In this document: in pieces, positions 1 to 11,776 of the stretch
Numbering within the stretch: the stretch's first letter is position 1
Layout: every line of letters starts with the position of its first letter
DNA from: Lytechinus pictus
Taxonomy: Eukaryota
Assembly (NCBI RefSeq): GCF_037042905.1
Contig: NC_087245.1
Location: 12,030,001-12,094,000 of the forward strand
Length of the DNA stretch: 64,000 nucleotides
Reading direction: 5' to 3'
Position numbers and translations under genes: made by a program
Notes under the pieces: generated by a model
Seen by the model: the letters and a program-made list of their open reading frames with translations, nothing else
What the model was told of the DNA's origin: nothing
Databases searched by the model: none

Positions 1-850
1 AGGGGCAAGTTGAGCCACCACCCCCAGGCCAATAATGAATGAGTCGGACATTGTGGTGGCGTCATGTATTGATGACCCATTATATTACCCCTAACCCCAC
101 CACAATGTTTTCAACTTTGAAACAAAAAGTACTCTTTTTGAGGGAAAAATACAAATTTCAGCCAAAAAAGTAAAAAAGGGTGTGAAATAGATAAGTGCTT
201 TTTACACACACACACACACACGTCTTTAAATATAATACAGACATGAGAACAACATTGTTAGTCCAGGTATGGATCTTCATTCTTGCTATAGTCTTTTAAA
301 TGATGGATGCATAAGAAATGTGTGGATGCGAAATTATCGCATTAAGTTCGGACTGGGGTAAGTTGAGCCAGCCAACATGGGGCAAGTTGAGCCATGGTAC
401 TTCTTATGGTAATGTATATATATATTTTAAAAAAAAACATTAAAAAGCCATAGATATGCAGGCAGAAAGGAGCAAGTTTGCATGACGTTCTTTTCCTTTT
501 AGAGGATGTTAGTATTTATAGAGAATTAGCAAGTGAAAAGACTTTAAATAAAATAATTGACATGCTGGTTCTTCCCCCATACATTTTGTACGTAGTTTTT
601 GTGGCTCAACTTACCCCCAGAAGGTGGCTCAACTTACCCCACATATGGGGCAAGTTGAGTCATTTGACATCTATTTTTTCAAAGGTGACAATGACTTTCA
701 GTGTGGGTGTAGAAAGTTATGTATAGGTGAAAAATATTTCATCAGAAATAAATTTTATGGCAAGGTACTTATTTCTACAAAATTATTAATCATATCAGTT
801 CTAACATGCAAAAAGCAAGAATTTTCACAACTTACCCCGCCTTCCCCTAC
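1..850. mobile_element. Non-autonomous DNA transposon, right part (left end outside window)
   Basis: Motif GGGGYAAGTTGAGYCA repeated direct (2, 355, 379, ~647) and inverted (602, 625). Terminus CAACTTACCCCGCCTTCCCCTA(C) at ~828-850. Confidence 0.65.
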
Positions 851-1294
851 TCTTGTCCTTGTTATACACAGTGCTCAAAGTGTATGAAAGATATGTATGA
901 AGCAATGTTTTCACTTCACATTCTTGCATAAAAAAATCTTGATGTCCCATTTTTAAGTAAGAGTAAACATGATAGTTTGATAAACAATAAGAACTTAATA
1001 TTTGATTGAATTTTAGAAACATCAACTAAATGTCTTTCTTCATCCCTTTTCTTTTTAAAGTATTATATTTTAAAAGTTCTTGAGTACTTTGTAATAGAAT
1101 CATTTGACTTTTTTCCCCTGAAATGATTAGCCTTCAGTTTTTCTATTTGTTAGGGAAAAGGTTCATTATTTTTCTACCGTAATTGCCAAATTTACATTGA
1201 ATTAAAAGACTTTCTCTTAAAATCATCGCTAACAGTGAAACAACTCGTAAATATAAGATTTTCGCATTGAACAGATTGCAACAAGAATGATCAC

Positions 1295-1508
1295 CTGGTT
1301 TGCCTTTATCTTTCTGTCGCTGCAAGTACATGTTTTTACTGATGACGTTCCTAGGACTGTTTTGAGTAGATGCTGGATGGCCGTCAGTGTTTTGATTGGT
1401 TGATATATGGCTTCCAGTAGCCGATGATGAAGGCACAGGTTTCTTTCTCTCCCTTTCCAGTGCCACCTCAGTGATATCAAGATTGTTTGAGTGGTTCTCA
1501 ACACCCTG
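1295..1508 (-). CDS. Candidate internal coding exon of an unidentified minus-strand gene
   Basis: U-rich acceptor ttgttgttgatattacag|cag (NAGNAG) and donor CCAG|GTGATC. Open frame QGVENHSNNLDITEVALERERKKPVPSSSATGSH...YLQRQKDKGKP has protein-like composition; no recognised homology. Confidence 0.4.
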
Positions 1509-1935
1509 CTGTAATATCAACAACAAACACAACTTAATCAACTACTAGTATGCACTCATGTACACGCATACAGAGATGGTAGAACTCCAACCCCCCCCCC
1601 CAAAAAAAAAAAAAAAATGGGGTCAAATAAAAAAAAAATCTTTGCACATTTTGCATTTCGTTATAAATGATTAATAAAGATATTACTTTCAACTGACCTG
1701 GAAAAGATGGGCATCATTCCTTTCATGGAACCTGTAAAAACAACAGAAAAAAGGACATACATGTAAGAATACATATTTTATACTCATTTTACATGAAGTA
1801 TGGAAGGGTCATGTGCTTCTTATTTCCCCTTTAAATTATGGGAGATCCCTCTCCCTTATGATTGCATTACTAAAAAAACCTAGAAGTCTTTGCAGTGACA
1901 CAAAAATTCATCTATCTGCAACGATGCATGAAAAA

Positions 1936-2365
1936 TACAAGTGGAACACCTTTGGCAGTCTTGCCTGCATTATGTAAATAGCAGCAGTGCTGACTTTGAA
2001 AACAACTAAATGTACACATATACAATTTTTTTTTCAATAAGAGAGGGGGGAAACCCCCATGACCTTTTCCTAGTGACCTGAAATTAAAATTGTCTATTTG
2101 CTGATACCTGATAACCATTATAGACTGTAGAATGTGGAATTGGGGATCATGCTTGCAAAGTTATCAATTGAAAATTGAATTTTTTAAACCTTTGTTGAGT
2201 TTTTTTTCTTCATACAACACGGTCAAAGATCAATAATCCTACACAACCTTTAACCTTGATCAAGTGACATGCAACTCATGTGGATGGGTCAGTGTTAGAT
2301 AATGACCCTTATGTCCAAGTTTAATGAAATAGGCCCTCATACATGTAATTTCAAAGTTATGATGA
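1936..2365 (+). mobile_element. Degenerate copy of the Helentron/HINE-like repeat
   Basis: Head ACAAGTGGAACACCTTTGGCAGTCTTGCCTGCAT...GCAGCAGTGCTGACTTTGAAAAC matches the 2612 copy; one decayed tandem unit at ~2245-2365. Confidence 0.55.
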
Positions 2366-2611
2366 ACCTCTTCATGTGGGATCACAATAAGCCAAAATCT
2401 GGCAAGTTACGTCATTCTTAGTTCTTACATGTAGATTAGACTTAAACTTACATTTTGTGCCAATGAATTCAGAAGTCAAGAATAAGTCATTGAATCATTG
2501 ATATCAAATTTATTCATGCCTTTGGGTCTTTTTTTTTTATTTGGTAAAAAAAAATCGAGATAGAGTTATGAGACAAGTCGAACTTTTGCTTTACATGTAG
2601 GAACCTAATAA

Positions 2612-3425
2612 AACAAGTGGAACGCCTCTGGCAGTCTCGCCTGCATAACGCGATTCGATATAGCAGCAGTGCTGACTTTGAAAACAGCTTTTGAATAATT
2701 ATTCACAAAAGAAAACATTAATATGATAATAAAATACTATGTCCATTGACCCAAAATGACCGTTGACCATGATCATGTGATCTAAGATGTGTGAAAAATA
2801 ATCATTTATACTTGATTACCTTTATGTCTATGTATCATGTACATGTAGATCCATAAACTTTCTAAGTTATGGTGGCAATTCAACAAATACATGTACCCCC
2901 AACATGACCAAAGTTCATTGACCCTAAATAAACTTTGACCTTGGTCATGTGACCTGAAACTTGCACAGGCTGTTCAGTGATACATATACTTGATTACTCT
3001 TATGTCTAAGTTTTATGAACTAGATCCATAAACTTTCAAAGTTACAATGCTAATTCAACAAATACCCCAACATGGCCAAAGTTCATTTACCCTAAATGAC
3101 CTTAGTCGTGTGACCTGAAACTCGGGCGAGATGTTCAGTAATACTTCATTACCCTTATGTGCAAGCTTCATGAACTAGGTCCATGCACTTTCTGATTTAT
3201 GATGACATTTCAAAAACTTAACCTTAGGTTAAGATGTCGATATTGATTTCCCCAACAAGATCTAAGTTCATTGACCTTAAATGACCTTTGACCTTGGTCA
3301 TGTGACCTGAAACTCAGGCAGGATGTTCAGTAATACTTGATAACCCTTATGTACAAGTTTCATTAACTAGGTCCATATTCTTTCTATGCAGTCATTCAAA
3401 AACTTAACCTTCGGTTAAGATTTGA
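2612..3425 (+). mobile_element. Helentron/HINE-like non-autonomous element with internal ~170-185 bp tandem array (3' truncated)
   Basis: Head AACAAGTGGAACGCCTCTGGCAGTCTCGCCTGCAT. Four units containing CATTGACC...TGACCTTGGTCATGTGACCTGAAACT start at ~2744, 2916, 3084 and 3269. Family assignment is inferred from architecture. Confidence 0.6.
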
Positions 3426-5059
3426 AAATTTTTTTAAAATGTAGCACAGACTTTGACAAAGTATGTTACCCCATACCCAGAATGCTCTACAAATCCATCT
3501 AGAAGGTTATACAATTACTTGCAGTAATTTTCAGGAGATACTACATGTACATGTACATATTTTCCTCAGTAGACCCATATTGCCCCCATCAACACTAGGA
3601 CACTCAGGCAATATGGTACTACATGTACATGTACTTTGGGCAATATGGAATCTCCCTCAAATCCAAACTTGATTCCTAGTTGGCTCTCATTCATAATTTT
3701 CAACTTCTACAAAACCCCTGTGATAACAGTTTAATATTTGGTATACCTACATGTACAGTGAAATTAATTGGCAAGAATCAAACAAAACACTTTCAGAAGT
3801 CATATAAGGGCAAATTCCATAAAATATGTATGTCCGACCCCCTATACATGTACATGGGACCTTCATGAAATTTTGTGTCCATGATTTCTGGTTCTTATGA
3901 TAGTCTGTAATTTTTTTTAAAGGACCATGACTTGGGTCAGTTTATAAAGTGAGGTATTATAAAGAATTGAGAAAAATGGGGGTCGGACTTCCAAAAATGT
4001 TGATCATTTTATGAAAGTGCCAATAAATATCTAGAAACTGATTACCAGTTGGTGTACAAAAGATAGGAAGTAAAATGCACAGGCTCGCATTACATGTACA
4101 TTTTGTAGGGCTTTCACTTTCGATTTCAAAGTATTCAATTTGGAGGATGTGACATGTCACATGTGAACAAACAAAAGATTTCACTTTGGTGTGCCCCTAC
4201 TTTGAAATCTACATGTATGTAAAACGATTATCCCAAAGTTTTTTTGTATTTTTTTCAATTTGGGGGTCTTTTGAAACTGTAAACTTTTTGTTATTGATGT
4301 AAGCGACATCGAAGGCATGCAATGCAACAGCACATCGATGCAGTACAATGCTGTAGCTTCACATACTTTATAGATAGCCTATAATCTTGGCAGAGGCTGA
4401 AGCTATAAAGTAGTGTTATGCTTCAAATAAATGCAAGCGATCATTCAATGCAGAAAGACTAGTGCCCGTTGCCTTTATCCTCTCATCTAGCTTTATTTGT
4501 TGTTTTCTTCTACCAACAAATCTGGTGGCAGTTTCTTTGTATGAAAAATCTTCATCGAATGATCGAATTATATTCAATAAAAAAACATAATTCTAATGTC
4601 AATACAAAACTGTGATCCTGGTTGAAATTTGGTCTTATCCTGACACTCACAAAAACTTGATTCAGAGAAGCATAAACATAAATAAAGGTCATTGAGTGAC
4701 TGTCTGAAGCTTCTTCTTCTTCCTTCACTTCTTCAGTAATCTTCAAAGGGCTCTGCAGTCTATCTCAGGCTGAAATTAAATTTGGATACATGTTTATGAG
4801 TGAAAGGTACATTCTAAGAAATTTTGAAGGAGAAATTGGAAGAGTTAACTGCATCTACTATTTGCTTATGGATTTTTTTTTTCTTCATTCCGGGACAGAT
4901 TGTTGGGCAAAGGCAAACTTGTAAATATTACATCTTGGAAAGGATGTCTGAAAGCACTTGTAATTTTTTTCTGGTGACGGAGGTGCTTAAGGTAAAGAAT
5001 TTGCCTTGGGTTATTGCGACAAGGTCATTCATGACCCGGAAACCTGTAAATTTGAACAT

Positions 5060-5370
5060 CTGGGGAGCGTTTCATTAAAGGACTTGTCAGACGTTTCATC
5101 TGACAAATCCTGTTTTATCCGACAGTTACCACAGTAACAGTGCCTCTAAGCCAATCAAAATCTAGGAAAGATGTCAGATCTGACAACTTGTCGGAAAAAA
5201 AATGTTGATAAAACACTTCCCAGGGGAGCATTGCATCAAGAATTTTTGTCTGACAACTTTCCTTGGTTTTGATTGGCTGAGATGCAGTTCCTATGCCATG
5301 GTAACTGTCGGATAAACAGGAGTTGTCAGATAAAACATCCAACAAGTCCTTTCATGAAAGGCTCCCCCAG
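5060..5370. mobile_element. Two inverted copies of a ~155 bp MITE (Harbinger-like CWG/GGG ends) forming a ~310 bp palindrome
   Basis: CTGGGGAGCGTTTCATTAAAGGACTTGTCAGA... versus ...ACAAGTCCTTTCATGAAAGGCTCCCCCAG. ATCCGACAGTTACCA is mirrored by TGGTAACTGTCGGAT. Confidence 0.7.
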
Positions 5371-5489
5371 TGACATGTAGTTTACCATTGAAAGTGGAGA
5401 GAAACTGTAGACATCAAGTCTTCTTCAAATGGAGAGGTTCCTTTTCTCATCCATGTTAACAAGTGAATCATTTGTTTGAATTCAAACTT

Positions 5490-5895
5490 CACCAAGAAAT
5501 ACTTTACTCGTAAGTCCAGTGTTTCCAAGATGCTAAAACAATTAGAGTGGGAAAGTCTTGTTGACAGACTACTCAATGCCAGATTGAGCCAGTTCTACTT
5601 AATTCATAAGGGGGAATCTCCAGTAACGTCAACCAAACTCCACCGTAGAAACTCCAGCCGTCCAAGTCGACGCTTCACACCTGATGCCTACAATATCATC
5701 GAATCCAGAATTGATAGGCACCTGTACTCATTCCTGCCCAGAACCATACGGGACTGGAACGACCTTCCCTTAACCACTACATCAATGCAATCCCTTGACA
5801 AATTTAAGGCTGCTCTAAACTAATCAATGTCGCATCTGCACCCGGCCACAGCGTCATGGAACTTTCGTTCTGTTGCTGTGTACCCGTGATAATGA
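5490..5895 (+). mobile_element. 5'-truncated non-LTR retrotransposon (CR1/L2 group): ORF2 C-terminus plus 3'UTR
   Basis: ORF 5476-5823 contains SSVSKMLKQLEWESL..R...RL..FY and YSFLPRTIRDWNDLP......SLDKFK, typical C-terminal motifs of CR1/L2-type ORF2. A short 3'UTR follows. Confidence 0.85.
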
Positions 5896-6952
5896 CTCCT
5901 GGCAACAGGAATGGAAAATGAGCCTCAACAGATATTTCAACCACAGTTATATGCACATATACTTTGAGCCTTGATGGAGCTTGATGAAAATATTCTTCAT
6001 GAAAATATACTTGATACCATTCTGATCTAAATCAAAAAGAAGTTAGCACCTTGTATATGGTGTGATAAATTAACTTCACTCGAATTCTTGCCACGTACTT
6101 GTAGTATGCATCATTTATGTAGCCTAATCATGTGAACAAAGATAAGGACATGTACATGTATGCACTGTAAAAGCACAAATATCTAGGAAACAGTAAGTGG
6201 AAAGTTGGCTCACAATATTTGTATGTTTCCATTTTTTGTCTTCATTATTTCAGACAAGTGCCAAAAAATGTTAGACCTTAACTAGAATATTAATACATGT
6301 ACATGCCTAATGGGACTATTGGTAGCACCAGGAAAAAGACATTTGGCCATTGTTTCTTACTGGCAAATGTCTGCAACATTTTTTATAGCTAGGCATCTCA
6401 TCTCAGTCAACCACACTCGGAAAGAGAGACGGGTATCGCCACCTAAAAAATGCTTGGAAAATCACTTTTCTGCAGGCGCCGGCTGATAATACATGTACCA
6501 TCAACCTGGTATACATGCAACATGTCGAAATAATGTGAAAAAATTAAAATGTTTACTTTTCTTCAAAAGATTCTAGACCTACATTAAAGGTGCTTTGAAT
6601 CCAGGAAAAAAATTTGCTCCTGGTTATACGCTGTATTAACTGTCATAACAGTTACGCAATGATAATGGGCCAATAACTTTAAACCATACCGTGTTTCAAT
6701 CAATTTTCTGGAAAAAAAAGTGATCAACCCATGGATTGTGCAACTGCAAGATGAAGGACATGATGTAACCATCTCCAATTATTTTTCTCTTGCTATCTTT
6801 GAAAGTAGGGCTCCTATTTTATGACAAAAAGTGAGATTTTCATAATCGTTTTTGACAGGAAAGTGATTATCCAGGCCTTGTTTATATGGTTATCCCTTGA
6901 TCTGTGTGATTGTTTAAAACAAGTATCAGATGTCCTGGAGAGTAACCTGAAG

Positions 6953-8956
6953 TAATGTTGTAACCCGCACCCGTTGCGGTACGGGTTAACCTGCCGGTAT
7001 GCCCCCGATCGCTGGTTGCGGGCCGGGCCGAGTTCATTCTGAAACCCGCAGACCGTCATGCGAAAAAAAAGGGAGAAGTAACGACGCATAATAAAAACAT
7101 TAACAATGAAAATTGAGTTAGGATCATGTGCTTCTTACGTGGCGGATTCTTTTAGAGACGTAGATATTTCCTTTTAAAAAAATGCTGGCGTATTTTTGTC
7201 TTGTGAACAGTGAACAGGACTGAGACAGTTCGACATAAATACATCGAGTTGCTCTTTCGAAGAAGGAGCGCACGCCAGTGCAGCGCAGCACAGTCTAGTC
7301 AAAAGCAATTGCATAGGCCAATGAAACTCGATGTCGAGTTTCCCGTCCCATTTTTTCCAGCTCATAATGAGGATTTCATTATTCATTATTTTCCAGAAGA
7401 TGAAAGTTTGACCTTTTGTAACCTTTGAACGCACTTTTATTCTGTGGAACTGTCTTGAAGCCAGGGAGCAAATCAATCATTTTTTTCGGGGGTTCCATTT
7501 TCATTTTTTTGGTAATATTTCAGGGTCTCCATTTCTACCGTTTTGGAGGCTACTTTTTTCATTTCGGGCTCTTTTCAAATGCTACGTTTTTGTATTTTGA
7601 GGAATCCCTGTTCACTTATTAAATTAATTATTACTTATTGTTTAATATTGCATGATTTTAAAGTTATTTTTTTCATGCTTAGAATCTTGGATGTGGGTGT
7701 GTTTGTGTGGGTGTGACTATGAGTTGAACTTGGATATAAATGAATTCAATATCTACTCCATCTAATTCCAGTACTTGGCCATGTAATAAAGGCCCACATA
7801 CCCTAACTTTTCCTGATGTTCTTTGAAAACGCAGATCTCCACGAAAATTGCATTTCTCTATGAGGGAGTCTAAATTTGGTGAGAATGAACTCATTAATAA
7901 CTTAAATATACATGACAATGAAGAAATCATCTAACTTTATTGGCAGTTTTGAATAATATTCCCGAAATATAAACTCTGTCTGAAACATAAAATCACCATC
8001 ATTGAGGCCTTTACAGAGTGAATTGTCCCCCAGAGCTCTGGCAGAGAGACAGAGCTCAGACTGGCTAGCTAGTACAAGTGCCAATGCGTACGTGCGTGAG
8101 CCTCCCGTCGGCCTTGTAAAACAGATTGAGTTTTGTTTGATGATTTTTTTGTCTGATATGCCGTATGACAACTCACCAATGCGAGGTTACTAGACTATGG
8201 GATTTATTGAGGTAGCTCGACCAAACCTCGAGCGATGTTCGTGCAGGCTCCACTCCACTTCACTACCGCTACATCGGGTAGGTAGAGCGTAGTGTAGCAG
8301 AAGTGAAGTTGAGTGGAGCCTGCACGAACATCGCTCGAGGTGTGGTTGAGCATGCAGTGTCATTCCATTCACAAGAAAAAAACAAGAAAAGAATTACAGG
8401 TATTTACATGATATACAAGTAATTGTGACTGAAAAGCTTATATTAATGTTTTAGAAGTTCTGAATCTATATCTATGTCAAAATAGTAAAATAATGGATTA
8501 TTTTCAGAATTTGATTTTTAAACGCGGTCCAAATTTCATAACGCGGGCGGGCGACGGGAAACTGAACATCGAATTTGCTGGGCAGCCTGGGCTACATGTA
8601 GCTAGCGCGCGCTGAGCTGCGGCTCCGATCCGAGGAGTTAATTGCGCAATGCTTTCGATTACGAGATCAGAGCCGACCCATTTCGGGTACAAAGTAACCC
8701 AAAAAAACATTTTCTCTCCGGAATAAAAGGCGAATTTGCAAATTGTAAGTAAATTCACTCTAGGCTAGGTTAGTAGTTGGCATATATTTTCGTGATTTGA
8801 GCCTGTATAGTGTGGGGATTGCAGAAATAATTTTCACTTTTCAAAGATAAATTTACTTGCGGGTTAAAACCCGACGGGTCAGCGGGTCCCGCTTGCAAAT
8901 TATTGGATTATACGGGACGGTACGGTTCGGGTTTTCACTTGCGGGTTACAACATTA
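6953..8956. mobile_element. Non-autonomous hAT-like transposon (2,004 bp)
   Basis: Perfect 17-bp TIR TAATGTTGTAACCCGCA; perfect 8-bp TSD ACCTGAAG (6945-6952, 8957-8964); ACCCG/CGGGT subterminal motifs; no intact transposase. Confidence 0.9.
8221..8345. repeat. Hairpin/mini-MITE nested in the hAT element
   Basis: ACCTCGAGCGATGTTCGTGCAGGCTCCACTC paired with GAGTGGAGCCTGCACGAACATCGCTCGAGGT; a related sequence lies at ~9911-9976. Confidence 0.8.
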
Positions 8957-9072
8957 ACCTGAAGTTTGGTAGTGATATTTTTAACGCCTTCTGGCTAACT
9001 TGGGTATACTACAAGTACCAGGTGGTATGTACCTCTGGTGTTGGTTCATGCATGCTGCTCTACACGAACCCT

Positions 9073-9575
9073 CAGGGTGAGTCCATACAAAATTTGACTG
9101 TTGATTCTCAACTTGTACGATTTTTTCTTTTTAAGAAATGAATATAATTTGTGCAAAAAAATGAACTTACCAGGCATCTTTAAGATGTACTAGACTGATA
9201 AACAGCCAGTTCAATTCTTTGCAATGGTTCTATATCAGTCTGAAAATTGATGATTAAACGCATGTACCTATTGCTTCACATGTTATAAATTCACTGCCAA
9301 TTTGAAAACATCCCATTCACAATCACAAGTATCGTTGTGGCCACCAGCCATGCAAACTTGCGATTGTGTCGTTTTCAAATCGTTTATAACATGTGAAGAA
9401 ATAGTAGGAAAAGGTTTTAAAGCACCGATATCAGACTGATAGAACTGTGGAAAAGGAGAGAACTGATGGCTCATCACTTGAGTACATCTTAAAGACTCCT
9501 GGTTAGCTAATTTTTTCATATCTACAAAAATTACAAGTTGTGAATCGACGGTCAAATTTCTAGGGACTGACCCTG
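9073..9575. mobile_element. Long-TIR MITE with CAGGGT ends (Tc1/mariner-like)
   Basis: CAGGGTGAGTCCATACAAAATTTGACTGTTGATTCTCAACTTGTA mirrored by TACAAGTTGTGAATCGACGGTCAAATTTCTAGGGACTGACCCTG. The ORF track shows TVDSQLV on both strands. Confidence 0.7.
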
Positions 9576-10146
9576 ATGTGTAGCATGCACAAACCTACCT
9601 CAGGTGCATGCGCGGAGGTCTGCAGCAATTTGTATCTAAAATCGCTGCAGACCTCCGCACATGCGCAATTCGTCTTCGCCATTTTCGAATCGGCAGAGTA
9701 TTTAATACATGTGATGAATCGAGAACCGGTTTCAAATCACTGATTTTGAGACGTTTTCAAGAAAGGGCATGGAGTGACTATGCGTCCGATGGTTAAGTTT
9801 AGTAACTGTAGAGTAAGCTGAATGTATGTTTAGGTATTGATATGTTGCCTTTGTTACCATAAATTGCCACAATTTGTCTTTTTTTTTTTTAGAGCAAGTA
9901 TTTGTCCCCCGAGGGTTCGGATAGGTGGAGCGGAGGGTAGCGGTAGTGAAGTGTAGTGGAGCCTATACGAACCCTCCACTGAGGTACATGTAGCATGAAC
10001 CATCATCTGAGGTGTGTTATGGGGAATAACTTCTAGTAGGCAAATGATTTTTACTACGCAAAATCCTGCAGACTGGTCAGGCTTAATAACCTCAGCTCAG
10101 GCTGCTCAGCTGACGTTAGCTGTTTGATTTTTGCTCATGGAATGCC

Positions 10147-10694
10147 TAGCCAGGCGGCTTCTTGAGAGTAAAAATCATTTACTAACGTAGGCTTACTCTA
10201 AACGAAGCCAGGGAGTCCTTCCTATTCATCTGCGTGTACCGCAAAAAACCCTGAAACTTTCGCCCCCGAGATTTCTACTTTCCTTCTAAAAGATCTAGTT
10301 CTAAATCATGTACATGGGATAAAACTTCATTTCCAACATTTCTACGCTCTCGTTGTTATTTTTAAACAAGAATTCATCAAAAAAATGAAAAAATATTGTG
10401 AAAAGACGAAAGAGACTTGCCCGATGTTTACGCCGCCATCTTGTTTCTTATTGTACTTCCCCAACGTTAAAATAACAACGAGAGCGTAGAAATGTCGGAA
10501 ATGAAGTTTTATCCCATGTACATGATTAGACTTAGAGCTAGATCTTTTAGAAGGAAAGTAGAAATCTCGGGGCGAAAGTTTCAGGGTTTTTTGCGGTACA
10601 CGCAGATGAATAGGAAGGACTCCCTGGCTTCGTTTAGAGTAGACCTACGTTAGTAAATGATTTTTACTCTCAGTCTCAAGAAGCCGCCTGGCTA
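10147..10694. mobile_element. Young foldback MITE with ~220-bp near-perfect TIRs and 8-bp TSD (hAT-like)
   Basis: Arms ~10147-10362 and ~10469-10694 (TAGCCAGGCGGCTTCTTGAGA...); TSD GGAATGCC at 10139-10146 and 10695-10702. Confidence 0.92.
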
Positions 10695-11249
10695 GGAATG
10701 CCCCCAATCCAGGTTACTGTACTACTAACTCTACTGTGTCAATGACTAGACTGTGCAAGTGCAATTACTGTCTCCCATTTCTTTTACATTAAATTTTAAA
10801 AGAGTGAGACTTGGTCACTTGCAATGTCTTATCAAAAGACACAAACACAGTTCTTCATGACATGTTCACAACACAAGCACACACATCACAATCATGACAG
10901 TCACACTCACCGACTCAGACCCAGTTAAACTTCCATGACCATCCTGTTTATAAATACAGGCAAGGACAGGACAGAAATTATTTATATTGACTACAGCCCC
11001 CCAAAATATTTTATATTGATATATTCATGTTAAATTAAAACCTAACTTATTAAAGACAGACCACTTTTTTACAGAGTTGGCAGGCAGCACTGCACTGCAT
11101 TTCATTTTCATGATTTGTGCGATTCCGATCAACTCAATTTTCAGGCCCAAATCTTTATTGAATTCATTTACCCATCACTGAGCCTTGGATGTTTACTTGC
11201 ATACATCACCATCAATGCAAGAATATAAGACTGGAATCACCGGAAACAT

Positions 11250-11500
11250 TACAAAACAGCGAGTTGACGAATGATGCTCCTTGTTCCTGCTTGCACACCT
11301 CTTTGGCTTTTCCACTGCCGCACTGGAATCTATAGACCGGACCACAGCTGCATTGTCGCCATTTTCAATCCGGGACATTTCATTTGGGCGCGCACGCATG
11401 CAGTGCAATGTACGTACTGCACTTTGTTGACGTGAAATCGTGTTTTACGCACGTACGTACGTTCGTAACATGTAGCTTCAACATCAGCGAAGATGATTCG
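11250..11500 (-). promoter_or_regulatory. Putative CpG-rich promoter of a divergent minus-strand transcript
   Basis: High CpG density. YY1-like AAAATGGCGA on the minus strand (11356-11365), NRF1-like GCGCGCACGCATGCA near 11388, CRE-like TGACGTGA near 11428. Donor-like ATGG|GTAAAT on the minus strand near 11171. Confidence 0.45.
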
Positions 11501-11525
11501 AAAAGTAAAGAAGGGGGGGGGGGGA

Positions 11526-11776
11526 CAGGGCCCTGGGAACGATTTTTTTTTTTTCACTGACGATGCTGATACATTTGACAAGCAAAAAATAGACAAAAGA
11601 GTTTTCACTACAAAACGTAGGTCACTTTGATTACATTTCCCCATGTTTTCACACCTTCCAGAATTCGAGGGGGTGCTGTCTATATTACGGAGAATAATGC
11701 AGCATCCCCGAAAAATTCTTGGGGGTGCTTCAGCCCCTTTTCAGCATCCCCAGCACCCCCACTTCCCAGGGCCATG
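11526..11776. mobile_element. Small MITE
   Basis: CAGGGCCCTGGGAA ... TTCCCAGGGCCATG ends; internal GGGGTGCT/CAGCAYCCC repeats; no clear TSD. Confidence 0.5.

Noticed and set aside
2744..3420. CRISPR-like or regularly spaced arrays (also 29452-29915 and 38450-39440)
   Set aside because: Eukaryotic context, no cas genes, no unique spacers; these are internal tandem or subterminal repeats of transposons.
6953..8956. Transposase or captured gene inside the 2-kb hAT-like element
   Set aside because: Only short ORFs without recognisable hAT motifs; a tblastn search would be needed to detect decayed remnants.
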